From NCBI GenBank assembly GCA_964016885.1, contig CAXHJY010000159.1, positions 62,001-126,000 of the forward strand: a DNA stretch of 64,000 bases, given 5' to 3'. Source of the DNA: Eledone cirrhosa (taxonomy: Eukaryota). The position numbers and the translations under genes were made by a program. Positions 51,901 to 63,063 of the stretch are shown in pieces (the stretch's first letter is position 1; each line of letters begins with the position of its first letter). The notes beneath the pieces are model-generated. The model did not search any database. It was given only the letters and a program-made list of their open reading frames with translations, and had not been told where the DNA came from.

Positions 51901-53183
51901 GGGGAACGTTACTGCGGGGTTGTTTTACACCCCGTGAATAGAACAACCCTCAACACCAGGAACACGTTTTGTAGATGTTCCCGTCTTCCCTCTGTTTATC
52001 TTCCTCAACCTACAGGTTTATATACAGAGAAGGCCCATTCACTCGGAGCGACATGTTTAGCTTCCAGTATCCGGGTCCCTGTCTATGTGTTCTATTAAGG
52101 TTGACTATGCGGGTTACTAATTTGCGGTCTAAATAGGCAATCATGTGCATTTGTGGACAGCTTAATGTTTCCTTATCATTCTGTCTAATTAGAAATCTAT
52201 CTAAATACGATCTAGAAAACCCAGTGCGGTTGCTCCACATCCACAGTGGTGCACTTGGGAAGTTTAGTCGATATCTACCAGCCAGTTGAAATAGGCTGAT
52301 GAGATGTTTGAGGCCATTACACCCCCCCCCCTCTATTATCACAAGCTCCTACAAAATTCAAACGTGCGTCTAACATGTCATTCCAGTCCCCCGCTAACAC
52401 TAAGGAGCGAGACGTTCCCAGGAATGGCTCCAGACGCTTGAAGAACTCTGGTCGCGATGTCCCAGTCGGGGCATATACGGGCACCAGTCTGAAAGCTCCA
52501 CCTTCACTACCATTCACGTCCAGGACCACCAGGCTGCCCTCCAGGTCCAAGTGAATCGTCTGTACTTTGAGATCCAAGTTTTTTTCGAAACAGAACAGCA
52601 ACTCCCCCTCCGCCTCCTGGCTGACAGAGAGATGCGTAGATCTCAAAATCATCGAATATGGAGCTTAGCTGCTGCTTATCGTGAATCCTGGACTCGGTGA
52701 TGGCTATCACATCTATACAATGTGACCTGAGATCATTTAAAAACTGGCCCTGTTTCCAGGACATGCCCAGGCCACGTACATTCAAACATCCAACTTGTAT
52801 AGTCACCATGTTGGTGAAGAATAGTTAGGGAGAGAAAAGGCAGGAACACTTACCTTTTCGTTTCCTGAAGGTCGGGTTGTTCGATCTCCATGTCCAGATT
52901 GGGAGTGTTTGGGAAGGGAGGGAATCCTTTTAGCAGGACACGGTTAAGGGTTTTTTGGCAAGGAGCGCCCACATCATGTGGGAAATTCCCTTTTAACATT
53001 TCGTACTGTAGGGTTGAAAGTCCTCCCAACGGACTGGTCAGTTCGTCCTCCTCGATGCCTAGAGTTTCCCCGAGAACGTCGTCGCACTTATCCTCCACTA
53101 ATCCCCTATAGAATGTCGAAGTGGAATCTCGGCTGATTGCCGTTTCCGCTTGGTAGAGGGCTGTGAGCGCCTGAAGGCACTCG
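48978..53183 (-). mobile_element. Tx1-clade LINE copy A (older, frameshifted, rearranged)
   Basis: ORF1 C-terminus (52850-53030), ORF2 start MVTIQVGCLNVRG at 52809, fragmented EN/RT, 3' UTR with AATAAAGAAA at ~48980. Confidence 0.88.
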
Positions 53184-53200
53184 AGATAGATAGATAGATA

Positions 53201-56200
53201 CATATGTTTCTTTATTAGCCACAGGGGCAGAAAAGAAGGGGACAAATACAAAGGGGGAAGTTTACATACAATAAAAACGTGTGAAATATTATCACAAATG
53301 CAATTGAAAAGTTAATCGATTTTCCCCAATAGGGGGAGACATTTCATATGGGTAACACATAGCCCCGAAAAAATGTAAAACCCTCATCTCCAGGAGTACG
53401 AAGAGTTTGTACCCCTTTCCTCTCTTCCTCCTTTTCCTCAACCTACAGGCTGATATAGAGAGAAGGCCCATTCACTCGGGCCATTCTCGCCACTTTCACC
53501 CACCTTTCATAAAACTTGCTGGGGTACAGCACCTCTGTCTACATCCTGATTCTTCTTCCAAAGTGGTATTTGAAAAAAAGAATCAGTTGTTGGCCGGAGA
53601 GAAAGGTGTCTGACCTCAGCCCTTTTAACCTCATCCACTTTACAACCGCTTTCGCCATAGCTATAACAAAAAGGAAAACCGCCTCTCCTTCGTTTTTGAC
53701 GGAGGGTGGCGGTTTTATCATGACAATGGACTCGGTGGTCAACCGGATTGGTCCCACCCGCGACAATAGTCGTTCTACATAGCCCCACAGGTCGGCAACG
53801 CCCAGGCAGTGTATGAATGCGTGCGCGACGGTTTCTTCGTCTCGCACGCATCTCGAACAGATCTTTTTCGAAATGTCTCTGCCCCATGTCTGTAGAGTTT
53901 GTTTCGAACTGGTAGAGCTCCTCGGTAGCAATGCCAGGCCAGGGACTTTTGGAAGTTGTCCATCGGTCCCGGGCGGAAGGTCCTACCGAACAGACTGGCC
54001 AGTTCGTCTTCCTCTACGCCTAGAGCTTCTCCGAGCACGTCGTCGCACTTGCTGCGGATCAACCCTCTATAGAATGACGAAGTGGAGTCTCCACTGATCG
54101 CCGGGTCCGCCTGCCAGAGCGCTGTGAGCGCCTGAGCACATTCGATGTGCCAGTCGCTCATTTTCCTCGGTCTTTGCTTGACCCAGGACTGCAGCTCGGT
54201 CAGCGAGACGAGTCGTGGGAAGGCTCTCCTCACGAACGGCGGCCCACACCGGTTGTCCGGTGAGGAATACGTAGAGATGCCGCAGCCTGAGCGCGTGTTT
54301 GCGCATCGTCAGCCACGGCATCCCCAGCCCGCCGTTTGAAGAGTGTTGGCAGCAGATGAATCTTCTCACCAAAGGAGCCCGCTTCTTCCAAAGGAATTGG
54401 AAGAGCGCGCGTTCCATTTTGGTGAGCGTTTTGGCTGGACAAGGCACGACGGTCAAGCGGTAGTAGATGACGGACGCTATAAAAGTGTTCGCCACCTCCG
54501 CTCGACCTTTCAAGGATAGTTTGCACTCGGCCCACTTCTGGGTGAGTGCAAACACCTTGGCCGTCACCTCGTTCCAGGTTTTCTCCACCTGGTGGTCGGG
54601 ACCAAACTAGACCCCGAGCAGCTTTACCGGTCCTTCCGTCCAGCGTCCGACGACGCCATCGGAAAGCATCAGTTTGCCTCTCCACGATCCGAGTTGCAAA
54701 CCGATGGACTTGTCCCGGTTCAGCTTCGCTCCTGTGAACCTTTCGTATTCTTTCAGTAAGGTGCCAACTTCTTCGATTTGCGAGGTGCTCGACACTATTA
54801 CTGTCACGTCGTCGGCGTAGGCCTACGCCGCTTTCCGCAGTCCCGGTTCCAGAGGGGTGCCCTGCAATAGCTCCAACTTCCGCAGTAGTGGCTCGCGAGT
54901 CAGTACCTACAGAAGGGAGAAGCGAGGGCATCCCTGTCGAATGGATCGCGTGATATGGAACGGCTCTGAGAGGTAGCCGTTCACCTTGACCCTTGAGCAG
55001 ATGTTTCTGTTGTGCATTGCAGCAATCCAGCCCTTGAACACGGGTCCGAAGCACCGCCTCGAGCACCGCATCCAGGTAACGATGGTCAACCCTATCGAAA
55101 GCCTTAGACTAATCCAAGTTGATCAGGGCCCCACCGAAGCAGGGTTTAGACCCTACCCTCGCTATGATGTATCGCATGAGATGGAGGTTGTCGTGTATGG
55201 ACCTGGTCGGGATTGCGCATGTCTGCGCTTCTCCCACCAGGTTTTCGACGACAAGCGCCAGCCTCTTTGCCAACACCTTGGCCAAAATCTGTAACTCTGT
55301 GTTTAGCAGAGTTATGGGCCGGAAGTTGCCTATGTCATGCCCCTTATTCTCGTCCTTCCTGACTAGTGTCACTACGCCCCTAGTCACAGAACTGGGAATT
55401 CTCCCATTCTGCTGCCAGTTGCAGTAGATCGCTTCCATGAGACCGGAGAACAAGTCCGGCATTGCTACGTAAAATTCGTAGGGTAGACCGTCGAGACCTG
55501 GAGATTTGCGTTTGCCGCATTGGCTCAGCGCGTTCCCAGTCTCAGCGGCTGAAATCGGCTTTTCGCAGAACTTCGCCTCGCTGTCCGAGAGTCGCGGTAG
55601 GCCGTCGAGGTATGGACCGAAATCCATAGCCCCTCCCGGCGCGCCGCCCTTCCCGAACAGCTGAGCAAAGTGCCGCTGAAAGGCCGCGCACATCTGCTTC
55701 GGCTCACGTATCACGCGTCCGTCTTGGTCCCTCAAAGACCGAATCGTGGACTTGTTGCCACTTTTTGCCTCCGTCACTCGGGCCCAGCTAACAACTTTGG
55801 CTCCCTCTTACCCAGAGCGCGTATTTTGCTTCTGACAACGCAGCCCTCGTGCTTTGCGTCGAAGAACTGGTCCAAGGCCGTTCTCGTTGCTAGCATGCTG
55901 TCTACGTTGCCACTTCTAATTGCCTCTTCTACTTCATCTATCAGTTCCTTCTCGGTCCTATTTCTATTTAACGCTAATTCTTTACTAAAAACTAACCAGT
56001 CTAATCTAACTGCCCTCTTGAGGGAGTACCACCATCTGTTGTTAACAATGGCCCCTGTCAAGTGCTGTTTAACTTAAGTGCTAATCCGTCTACTGTAGGC
56101 TTTGCATGTCGGTAACGACAAGTTCAGCTTCCAGTAGTCGGGTCCTTGTCTATGGATTCTAAAAGGTTGACCATGCAGGTCACTAGTTTGTGATCTGAAT

Positions 56201-56382
56201 AGGCAACCATGAACATGTGTCGACAGCTTAACATGTCCCTATCTTTATTTCTAACTAGAACCCTATCTAGGTACGATCTAGATGTTCCGCCGAGATTAGT
56301 CCACGCCCACAGTGGCACAGTCGGAAAATCTTGTCGATATCTATCGGCCAGGTCAAATCGGCCGATTAACTGTTTGAGACTG

Positions 56383-56442
<60 letters not shown>

Positions 56443-57417
56443 TTATAGGGACATGCTCCCACATAGTCCCAACGTGCATCTAGGATTCCATTCCAGTCTC
56501 CCACTAAAAGCAAGAAGCGGGACGTTCCCAGAAAAGTCTCTAGACGTTTGAAGAAGTCTGGCCGCAGTGTCCCGGATGGGGCATATGCGGCCACCAGTCT
56601 GAAGGCTCCACCTTCACTACCGTTAACGTCTAGGACCACCAGTCGAGCCTCCGGGTCCAGATATATCGTCTGTGTTACGAGGCCCAGGTGTATCCGCAGC
56701 AAAACGGCAACCCCGCCCCCACCCCCCGGCTGACAGAGAGATACGTAGATCTCAAAGTCGTCGAAAATGGGGGCCAGCTGTCGCTCGCTGTGGATCCTAG
56801 ACTCGCAAATGGCTACTACTTCCATACTGTGCGACCTGAGGTCGTTTAAGAGTTTGCCCTGTTTACAGGGCATCTCCAGGCCGCGTACATTCACACATCC
56901 AACTCTTATATTGGCCATGTTGGTGCTGAAAAGTTAAAAGAAGAGGAAAAGAAATCACTCACCTCTTCGTCTCCTGGGGACCAGGCTGCACAATGTGCAT
57001 GGGGGTGTTGGAGGGGTTGTTTGGTAGGGTGGTGGTTCCTGGCGAGGTGGGGACGGAGATGTTTGGTGGGGAGGGGTGTCTGGTACGATGGGGATGTCTG
57101 GGGTGGGGGTGGGGAAACGTTTCAAGAGGACGCGGTTCGTTGGTTTAACACACATATTCCCCACGTCCTCAGCAAAGTTTTCCTTTAAGTAATATTTTCC
57201 TTCGGTTTCCACGGAAGGGTTTTTGGAGATGACCTCCATCAAAGTTTTATTGTAAGTGTTTATGTAAGTATAATATTTTTGTTGTGTTGTGTTAGTTTTT
57301 GTCTGTTGACCTTGTGTGTATTTTCGTTTTGTTGTGGGCATTTGTGTTTGGAGTGTTGTCATTGTTTTGTTTTCGGGAGGGGGGATTTTTGTTTGTAATG
57401 TTTGTGTTGTTTGTGTA
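53201..57417 (-). mobile_element. Tx1-clade LINE copy B (5'-truncated in ORF1, frameshifted)
   Basis: ORF1 C-terminus at 56955-57417, ORF2 start MANIRVGCVNVRG at 56918. (GATA)n at both ends (53185-53200 and 57418-57437). Confidence 0.9.
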
Positions 57418-57437
57418 GATAGATAGATAGATAGATA

Positions 57438-57536
57438 TGTTTCTTTATTAGCCACAGGGGCACAAAAGAAGGGGACAAGATAGATAGATAGATAGATTTC
57501 TTTATTAGCCACAGGGGCACAAAAGAAGGGGACAAA
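57438..57536 (-). mobile_element. Two ~40-bp Tx1 3'-end stubs, each bounded by (GATA)n
   Basis: TTGTCCCCTTCTTTTGTGCCCCTGTGGCTAATAAAGAAA occurs twice, separated by GATA arrays at 57479-57497 and 57537-57560. Confidence 0.85.
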
Positions 57537-57792
57537 GATAGATAGATAGATAGATAGATAAATTTCTATTTATTTGCCACGAGGGCACAAAAGAAAGGGA
57601 CATTTACACAGTGGGGGAGTTTACATAAATCGAGTAAAGAAAAAAGGAATAACAATAATAATATAACAATAAAAAGTCCTCAAAAGGGAGGGGGCGTGTT
57701 GGGGATTGCACATACCCCCGAAAAGTGTGCAACTCTTTTCGCTGGGGAAGCCCAGAGAGGAGGCGCTCCCCCTTTCCTCTTCACTTCTTCAC

Positions 57793-60700
57793 CTACAGAA
57801 CAATGTAGAGAGAAGGCCCATTTACACGGGCCATTCTCGCTTCTTTCACCCACCTTTCATAAAACTGTCTGGGACCAAGCACTTCTCTCTCCATCCTGAT
57901 TCTTCTTCCGAAGTGGTATCGGAAGAAGTAAACCAGGTGATGGCCGGAAAGAAAGTCACCCGACCTCAGACCTTTCAGGCGCGTCCACCACACAACCTCT
58001 TTCATCATGGCTATTACGCACAGAAAGACCGCCTCTGCTTCATTTCTGAAGGGAGGAGGCGGCTTGATGTTCACCACAGACTCGGCGGTTAATCGAATCG
58101 GCGCCACACGCGACAGCAGTCGTTCGACGTAGCCCCACAGATCGGCAACGCCCGGGCAGTGTACCAGTGCATGCGCAACGGTTTCCTCGTCGCGCACGCA
58201 TCTGGGACAGATCTTTTTCGCGGGATCCCTGCCTGGGCGCCCGTGTCTGTAGAGCTTTTCTCGAACGGGCAGAGCCCCCCGGTAACACTGCCAGGCTAGG
58301 GACCTCTGGAAGTTGTCCATGGGTCCCGGGCCGAAAGTTCTACCGAACAGGCTGGCCAGTTCGTCCTCCTCCATGCCTAGCGACTTTCCAAGGGTGTCGT
58401 CGCCCCTGCTAGCCACCAACCCTCTATAGAATGTCGAGGTGGATTCTCCACTGACAGTCGGGTCCGCTTGCCAGATAGCCGTGAGCGCCTGGGCACACTC
58501 AGTGTGCCAGTTGCCCAGTTTTCTCGGTCTTTGCTTCACCCAGGATTGCAGTTCGGTGAGCGAGACGAGCTGTGGGAAGGCTCGCCTCACAAACGGGGCC
58601 CACACCGGCTGACCGTTGAGGAATACCTGTAGATGCCGTAGCCTCAATGCGTGCCTACGCATCAACAGCCACGGCATACCCAGCCCTCCTTTCGAAGGGT
58701 GCTGGCAGCAGATGGATCTCCTCACCATGGGAGGCCGCTTCTTCCAGAGGAACTGGAAGAGCATGCGTTCCATGATGGTGAGCTTTTCCTTGGGGCAAGG
58801 CACGACGGTCAGGCGGTAGTAGATGACGGACGCTATGTAAGCGTTCGTCACCTCCGCCCGACCTTTCAGTGATAGTTTGCACTTGGCCCACTTCTGGGTC
58901 AGCGCAAACACCCTGCTCGTCACCTCGCCCCAATTCTTCTCCACCTGGAGGTCCGGTCCGAACCAGACCCCGAGCAGCTTCACCGGGCCCTCCGTCCACC
59001 GCCCGACGACACCGTCTAACGGCATCGGTTTGCCCCTCCACGTTCCGAGTTGCAAACCGACTGACTTGTCCTGGTTCAGCTTAGCCCCCGTCAGCCTTTC
59101 GTATTCCTCCAGTAGGGTGGCGATCGCCCCGATTTCCGAGGCGTCCGCCACCATTACTGTTACGTCGTCGGCATAGGCCGAGACCGCTTTGTGCAATCCC
59201 GGTTCCAGGGGTATGCCCCGCAGCAACTCCAACTTCCGCAGCAGTGGCTCGAGAGTCAATACGTACAGAAGGGAGGAGAGGGGGCACCCCTGTCTGATGG
59301 ATCGGGTGATTTGAAACGGCTCCGAGAGGTAGCCGTTTACTTTAATCCTAGAGTAGATGTTGCCACTGTGCATGGCAGAAATCCAGCCCCTGAAAACGGG
59401 TCCGAAGCCCGCCGCCGCTAGCACCGCATCCAGGTAACCATGGTCGACCCTATCGAACGCCTTAGATTGATCCAAGTTGATCAGGGCCCCACCAAAGCCG
59501 GGTTCGTAGCCAACCCTCTCTATGATGTATCGCATGAGGTGGAGGTTGTCGTGAATGGACCTGGACGGGATAGCGCATGTCTGCGCGTCTCCCACCAAAC
59601 CACCCACCACAAGCGCCAACCTCTTCGCCAACACCTTGGCCAAAATCTGTAACTCTGCATTCAGCAGAGTTATGGGCCTAAAGTTACTTAAGTCGTCCCC
59701 CTTGCTCTCGTCCTTCCTCACTAGCGTGACCACGCCCTTGGTCACAGAACAGGGAATTCTCCCGTTCTGTTGCCAGTTGCAATAGACAGCCTCGAGGAGT
59801 TCGGAGAACAAGACCGGCATAGCTAAATAAAGTTCGTATGGTAGACCATCGAGACCCGGGGATTTGCGTCTGCTGCATTGGCTGAGCGCTTCCCCGATTT
59901 CAGTGGCTGTGATTGGCCCTTCGCAGCACTCCGCTTCGCCGCTCGAAAGACGCGGTAGACCGTCGAGGTATGGACCGAAGTCCACATCCCCGTCCGGCCC
60001 CCCGCCACCTCCGAACAGTCGAGCAAAGTGCCTTTGAAAGGTCTCGCACATTCGCTCAGGTTCAAGGATCACCCGTCCATCCTGGTCTCGCAAAGACCGA
60101 ATGGTGGATTTAATCCCACTCTTGGCTTCTGTCACGCGGGCCCAGCTAACAGCTTTGGTCCCCTCGTTTCCTAAAGCACGTATTTTACTTCGGACAACGC
60201 AGCCTTCGTGCTTCGCGTCAAAGAACTGGCTCAATGCCGTTCTCGTCGCTAACACTCTGGCTACGTCTCCGCTCCTAATCGCCTCTTCTAGTTTATCTGT
60301 TAACTCCCTTTCCCTCCTATTTCTATGCGCCGCTAGTTCCTTACTGTAACCTATCGAACTTACTCTAATCTCTCTCTTTAGAGATATCCACCACCTACTG
60401 TTGACGATCGCTCCCGTCAACCGCATCTTAACTAAGCTACTAATCCGGTTTCTGTAATCTTTCTTTGTCGGTAAGGACAAGTTCATCTTCCAGTAACCGG
60501 GACCCTGTCTATGCGTTCTATCAAGGTTGACCACGCAGGTCACTAATTTGTGATCTGAATAGCCAACCATGATCAGTTCTGGACAACTAAATACGTCCCT
60601 ATCCTTACTCCTAACCAAAAACCTATCTAGGTACGATCTAGATTGTCCACTGCGGTTTGCCCAGGTCCAGGTTGGCGCAGTTGGACAATCTAGTCGAAAT

Positions 60701-61230
60701 CTATCGACCAGGTCGAATCGATCGAGTAACCCCTTGAGGCTGCTACACCCCCCTCTATCGGGACATGCCCCTGCATAGTCCCAACGCGCATCTAGGATTC
60801 CATTCCAGTCCCCCACTAAAAGCAGGGAACGCGACGTTCCTAGAAAAGTCTCCAGACGTTGGAAGAAGTCGGCTCTCTCCGCCCCGAAGGGAGCATAAAG
60901 ACCGACCAGTCTGAAAGCCCCGCCTTCACCACCTCCGACGTCCAGCACCAGTAATCGACCCCCCGGGTCCGAGTGAACAATCTGTACGTCGAGAGTTAGA
61001 CGTTTATCCAGCAGTACGGCAACTCCCCCCCCGCCTCCGGGTTGACAGAGAGATGCGTGCATCTCAAAGTCATCGAAGGCGGGCGCCAGCTGTCTCACGC
61101 TGCTGATCCGACTCTCGCAAACAACCATCACATCTATACTTTGTGACCTGAGGTCACTTAGAAGCTTTGCTTGCTTCCAAGCTGAGCTCAGGCCACGCGC
61201 GTTCAAACAGCCAACTCTCAATTGATCTAT
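57793..61230 (-). CDS. Tx1 ORF2: APE endonuclease - reverse transcriptase - CCHC, uninterrupted (~1145 aa)
   Basis: GCLNARG, VCESRI, LVGDWN, SYLDRFL, YSDH (EN); SPGLDG, KAFDRV, RQGCPLS, YADD (RT); CPRC..HALVHC. The start codon homologous to the ATG of copies A and B reads ATA at 61230. Confidence 0.93.
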   Translation of the reverse strand: MDQLRVGCLNARGLSSAWKQAKLLSDLRSQSIDVMVVCESRISSVRQLAPAFDDFEMHASLCQPGGGGGVAVLLDKRLTLDVQIVHSDPGGRLLVLDVGGGEGGAFRLVGLYAPFGAERADFFQRLETFLGTSRSLLLVGDWNGILDARWDYAGACPDRGGCSSLKGLLDRFDLVDRFRLDCPTAPTWTWANRSGQSRSYLDRFLVRSKDRDVFSCPELIMVGYSDHKLVTCVVNLDRTHRQGPGYWKMNLSLPTKKDYRNRISSLVKMRLTGAIVNSRWWISLKREIRVSSIGYSKELAAHRNRRERELTDKLEEAIRSGDVARVLATRTALSQFFDAKHEGCVVRSKIRALGNEGTKAVSWARVTEAKSGIKSTIRSLRDQDGRVILEPERMCETFQRHFARLFGGGGGPDGDVDFGPYLDGLPRLSSGEAECCEGPITATEIGEALSQCSRRKSPGLDGLPYELYLAMPVLFSELLEAVYCNWQQNGRIPCSVTKGVVTLVRKDESKGDDLSNFRPITLLNAELQILAKVLAKRLALVVGGLVGDAQTCAIPSRSIHDNLHLMRYIIERVGYEPGFGGALINLDQSKAFDRVDHGYLDAVLAAAGFGPVFRGWISAMHSGNIYSRIKVNGYLSEPFQITRSIRQGCPLSSLLYVLTLEPLLRKLELLRGIPLEPGLHKAVSAYADDVTVMVADASEIGAIATLLEEYERLTGAKLNQDKSVGLQLGTWRGKPMPLDGVVGRWTEGPVKLLGVWFGPDLQVEKNWGEVTSRVFALTQKWAKCKLSLKGRAEVTNAYIASVIYYRLTVVPCPKEKLTIMERMLFQFLWKKRPPMVRRSICCQHPSKGGLGMPWLLMRRHALRLRHLQVFLNGQPVWAPFVRRAFPQLVSLTELQSWVKQRPRKLGNWHTECAQALTAIWQADPTVSGESTSTFYRGLVASRGDDTLGKSLGMEEDELASLFGRTFGPGPMDNFQRSLAWQCYRGALPVREKLYRHGRPGRDPAKKICPRCVRDEETVAHALVHCPGVADLWGYVERLLSRVAPIRLTAESVVNIKPPPPFRNEAEAVFLCVIAMMKEVVWWTRLKGLRSGDFLSGHHLVYFFRYHFGRRIRMEREVLGPRQFYERWVKEARMARVNGPSLYIVL

Positions 61231-63063
61231 TTTGGTGTTGAAAGTGAAGAAAGAAAAGCACTTACCTCTCCGGGTTGCGTAATTTCCATGGCATCAGGTG
61301 TGTTGGGTGGAGGGATGTTTTGTGGTGGTGTGGGGGTACACGTGTGTGGTGGGGTTGGGGTATTTGGAGTTGTGTCAGGGAGAGGGGCGGTTATGGGGAA
61401 ATCTTTCAAGAGGACGCGATTCAACGGTTTTAAACAGGGGGGGCTCACGTCCCGTCTAAATTGTTCTTTTAAGGAACGATAAAGGTCCAGAGGGACCTTT
61501 ATCATTTTTAAATGGGTGAAGTTCTCTGTTGAGATAAAGTTTGGCCCTTCGGTCTGCACCATAGGGTTATTGTTTATTAATTTAACCAGTTTTTTGTTTT
61601 CTTTATTTATATATGTGTATTGCAACGTCTTTTTTTGTGATGCTGTCAATGTTTCGGAGAGGGGAGGCGCAGATTTATTTTTGTTTGTTGAGGGTGGGGT
61701 GTTTTTGATTGGAGTTGGTGTTTGTGTGTGGGTTATTTGTGGTGTGCTGGGTGTGTGTTTTCTTTTTTTTTCTTTTAACTTGTCTGAAGGCTTCTCCTCC
61801 TTCTTCTTCAGAAGTTGGGGGAAACTCTTCAGCGCTAGGTGGGAGGGACGTGTTGTGTGGTTGTTTTTTTTTTGCGGGAGGGGTAGATTTGTTACTGTTT
61901 TTTTTATTATTTGTTTGGAATGGGTTTTGTGGTGGTGGTGGTGGTAATGTTTGTGTCGTGCTTGTGGTTGGTAATGGTGGTGGTGATGTTTGTGTTGTGG
62001 TTGGTGGTGGTGATTTTTGTGTCGTGCTTGTGTTTGGTGCTGGTGGTGGTGATGTTTGTGTTGTGTTTGTGGTTGGTGGTGTCTGTATTTTGTTTGCTGT
62101 GTGTGGTATTAGTGTATTTTTGGAGGTGGGTGGTGCTGGTGTACTGTTTGTGGTGGGTGTGGGCAATAGTCCTTTTTGGGGGATACGTTTCGGGCAGTTA
62201 GCCTTAACGTGTCCCCTTTCCATGCATAAATAGCATGCTGGTCTTCTCCCCTCTACAATTATGTCTATTGGGGTAAGGTCATCCAGCCAGATGCGATCCG
62301 GGATTTGTGCTATTCTTTCGGGCCTCATTTGGACTAGTATGTCGAGGCCCATTCCCAGGAACGCATCTCCAGTTGCCTTCCCCATTGACAGCATAGTGTC
62401 TTCGCCCATATCAATGAAGCCAGCAATAGCCCACCAGAAGTCCATTGTGGGCAGCATTGTTTTTACTTTTACCCTCTGTGTTCTTCTACCCATGTAGGAG
62501 GGATAGAAGCTATATGTTGTCGACGAGAGTGGGCTTAGGGAAAGCTGAACCGCCGTTTCTTTGTCTCTTGTTAGGACCGAAATGCTGCCATAGAGTCGGT
62601 CCTTTCGTATGAAGAGAATATTCTTCATATAGTCTTTTAGGACTAACTCTATTTCCATTTGGCTGGGCTGTGCTGGCTTTCTTGACTGGTTTAGTATAGT
62701 TCTGTATATAACTGTGTTTTCTGCTCTGGCTTTCTTGAATTCTGGGGGGGAGTTAATGGAAAACATTCCGTTCTCCCCCAAAACAATATGTTTCTTTGCT
62801 TCGGCCAGTTTTTCTCTGGCGGCAGTTAGGTCAATTGGTGTGTATGTAATGGATTGCTTTGTTTTCTGGGCGAAAGTTGCCCTGTCGTTATTTGTATTAT
62901 TTTCTGTTTGTTTGTTTTCTGTTTGCTCATTTTCCTTAACATTTGTTTTTTCATTTTGTTTGTTTGTTTCAATGTCTAATTTTGTTGTAATTATTTTTTG
63001 TTCTTCAGACTTGGGGGGCGTGGCAGAGCTAATGGCAGACATGTCTGCCATCTTTTCCGCCAT
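61227..63063 (-). CDS. Tx1 ORF1 (gag-like, CCHC zinc knuckle, long T/P-rich region), split by one frameshift
   Basis: CYLCMERGHVKANC knuckle. Removing one A from the A9 run (61763-61771) fuses the 471-aa and 140-aa ORFs into one T/P-rich frame whose C-terminus matches copies A and B. Confidence 0.8.

Noticed and set aside
57418-57560. Repeat-spacer pattern resembling a CRISPR array
   Set aside because: The repeats are GATA microsatellite and the spacers are near-identical LINE 3' ends. Eukaryotic context with no cas genes.
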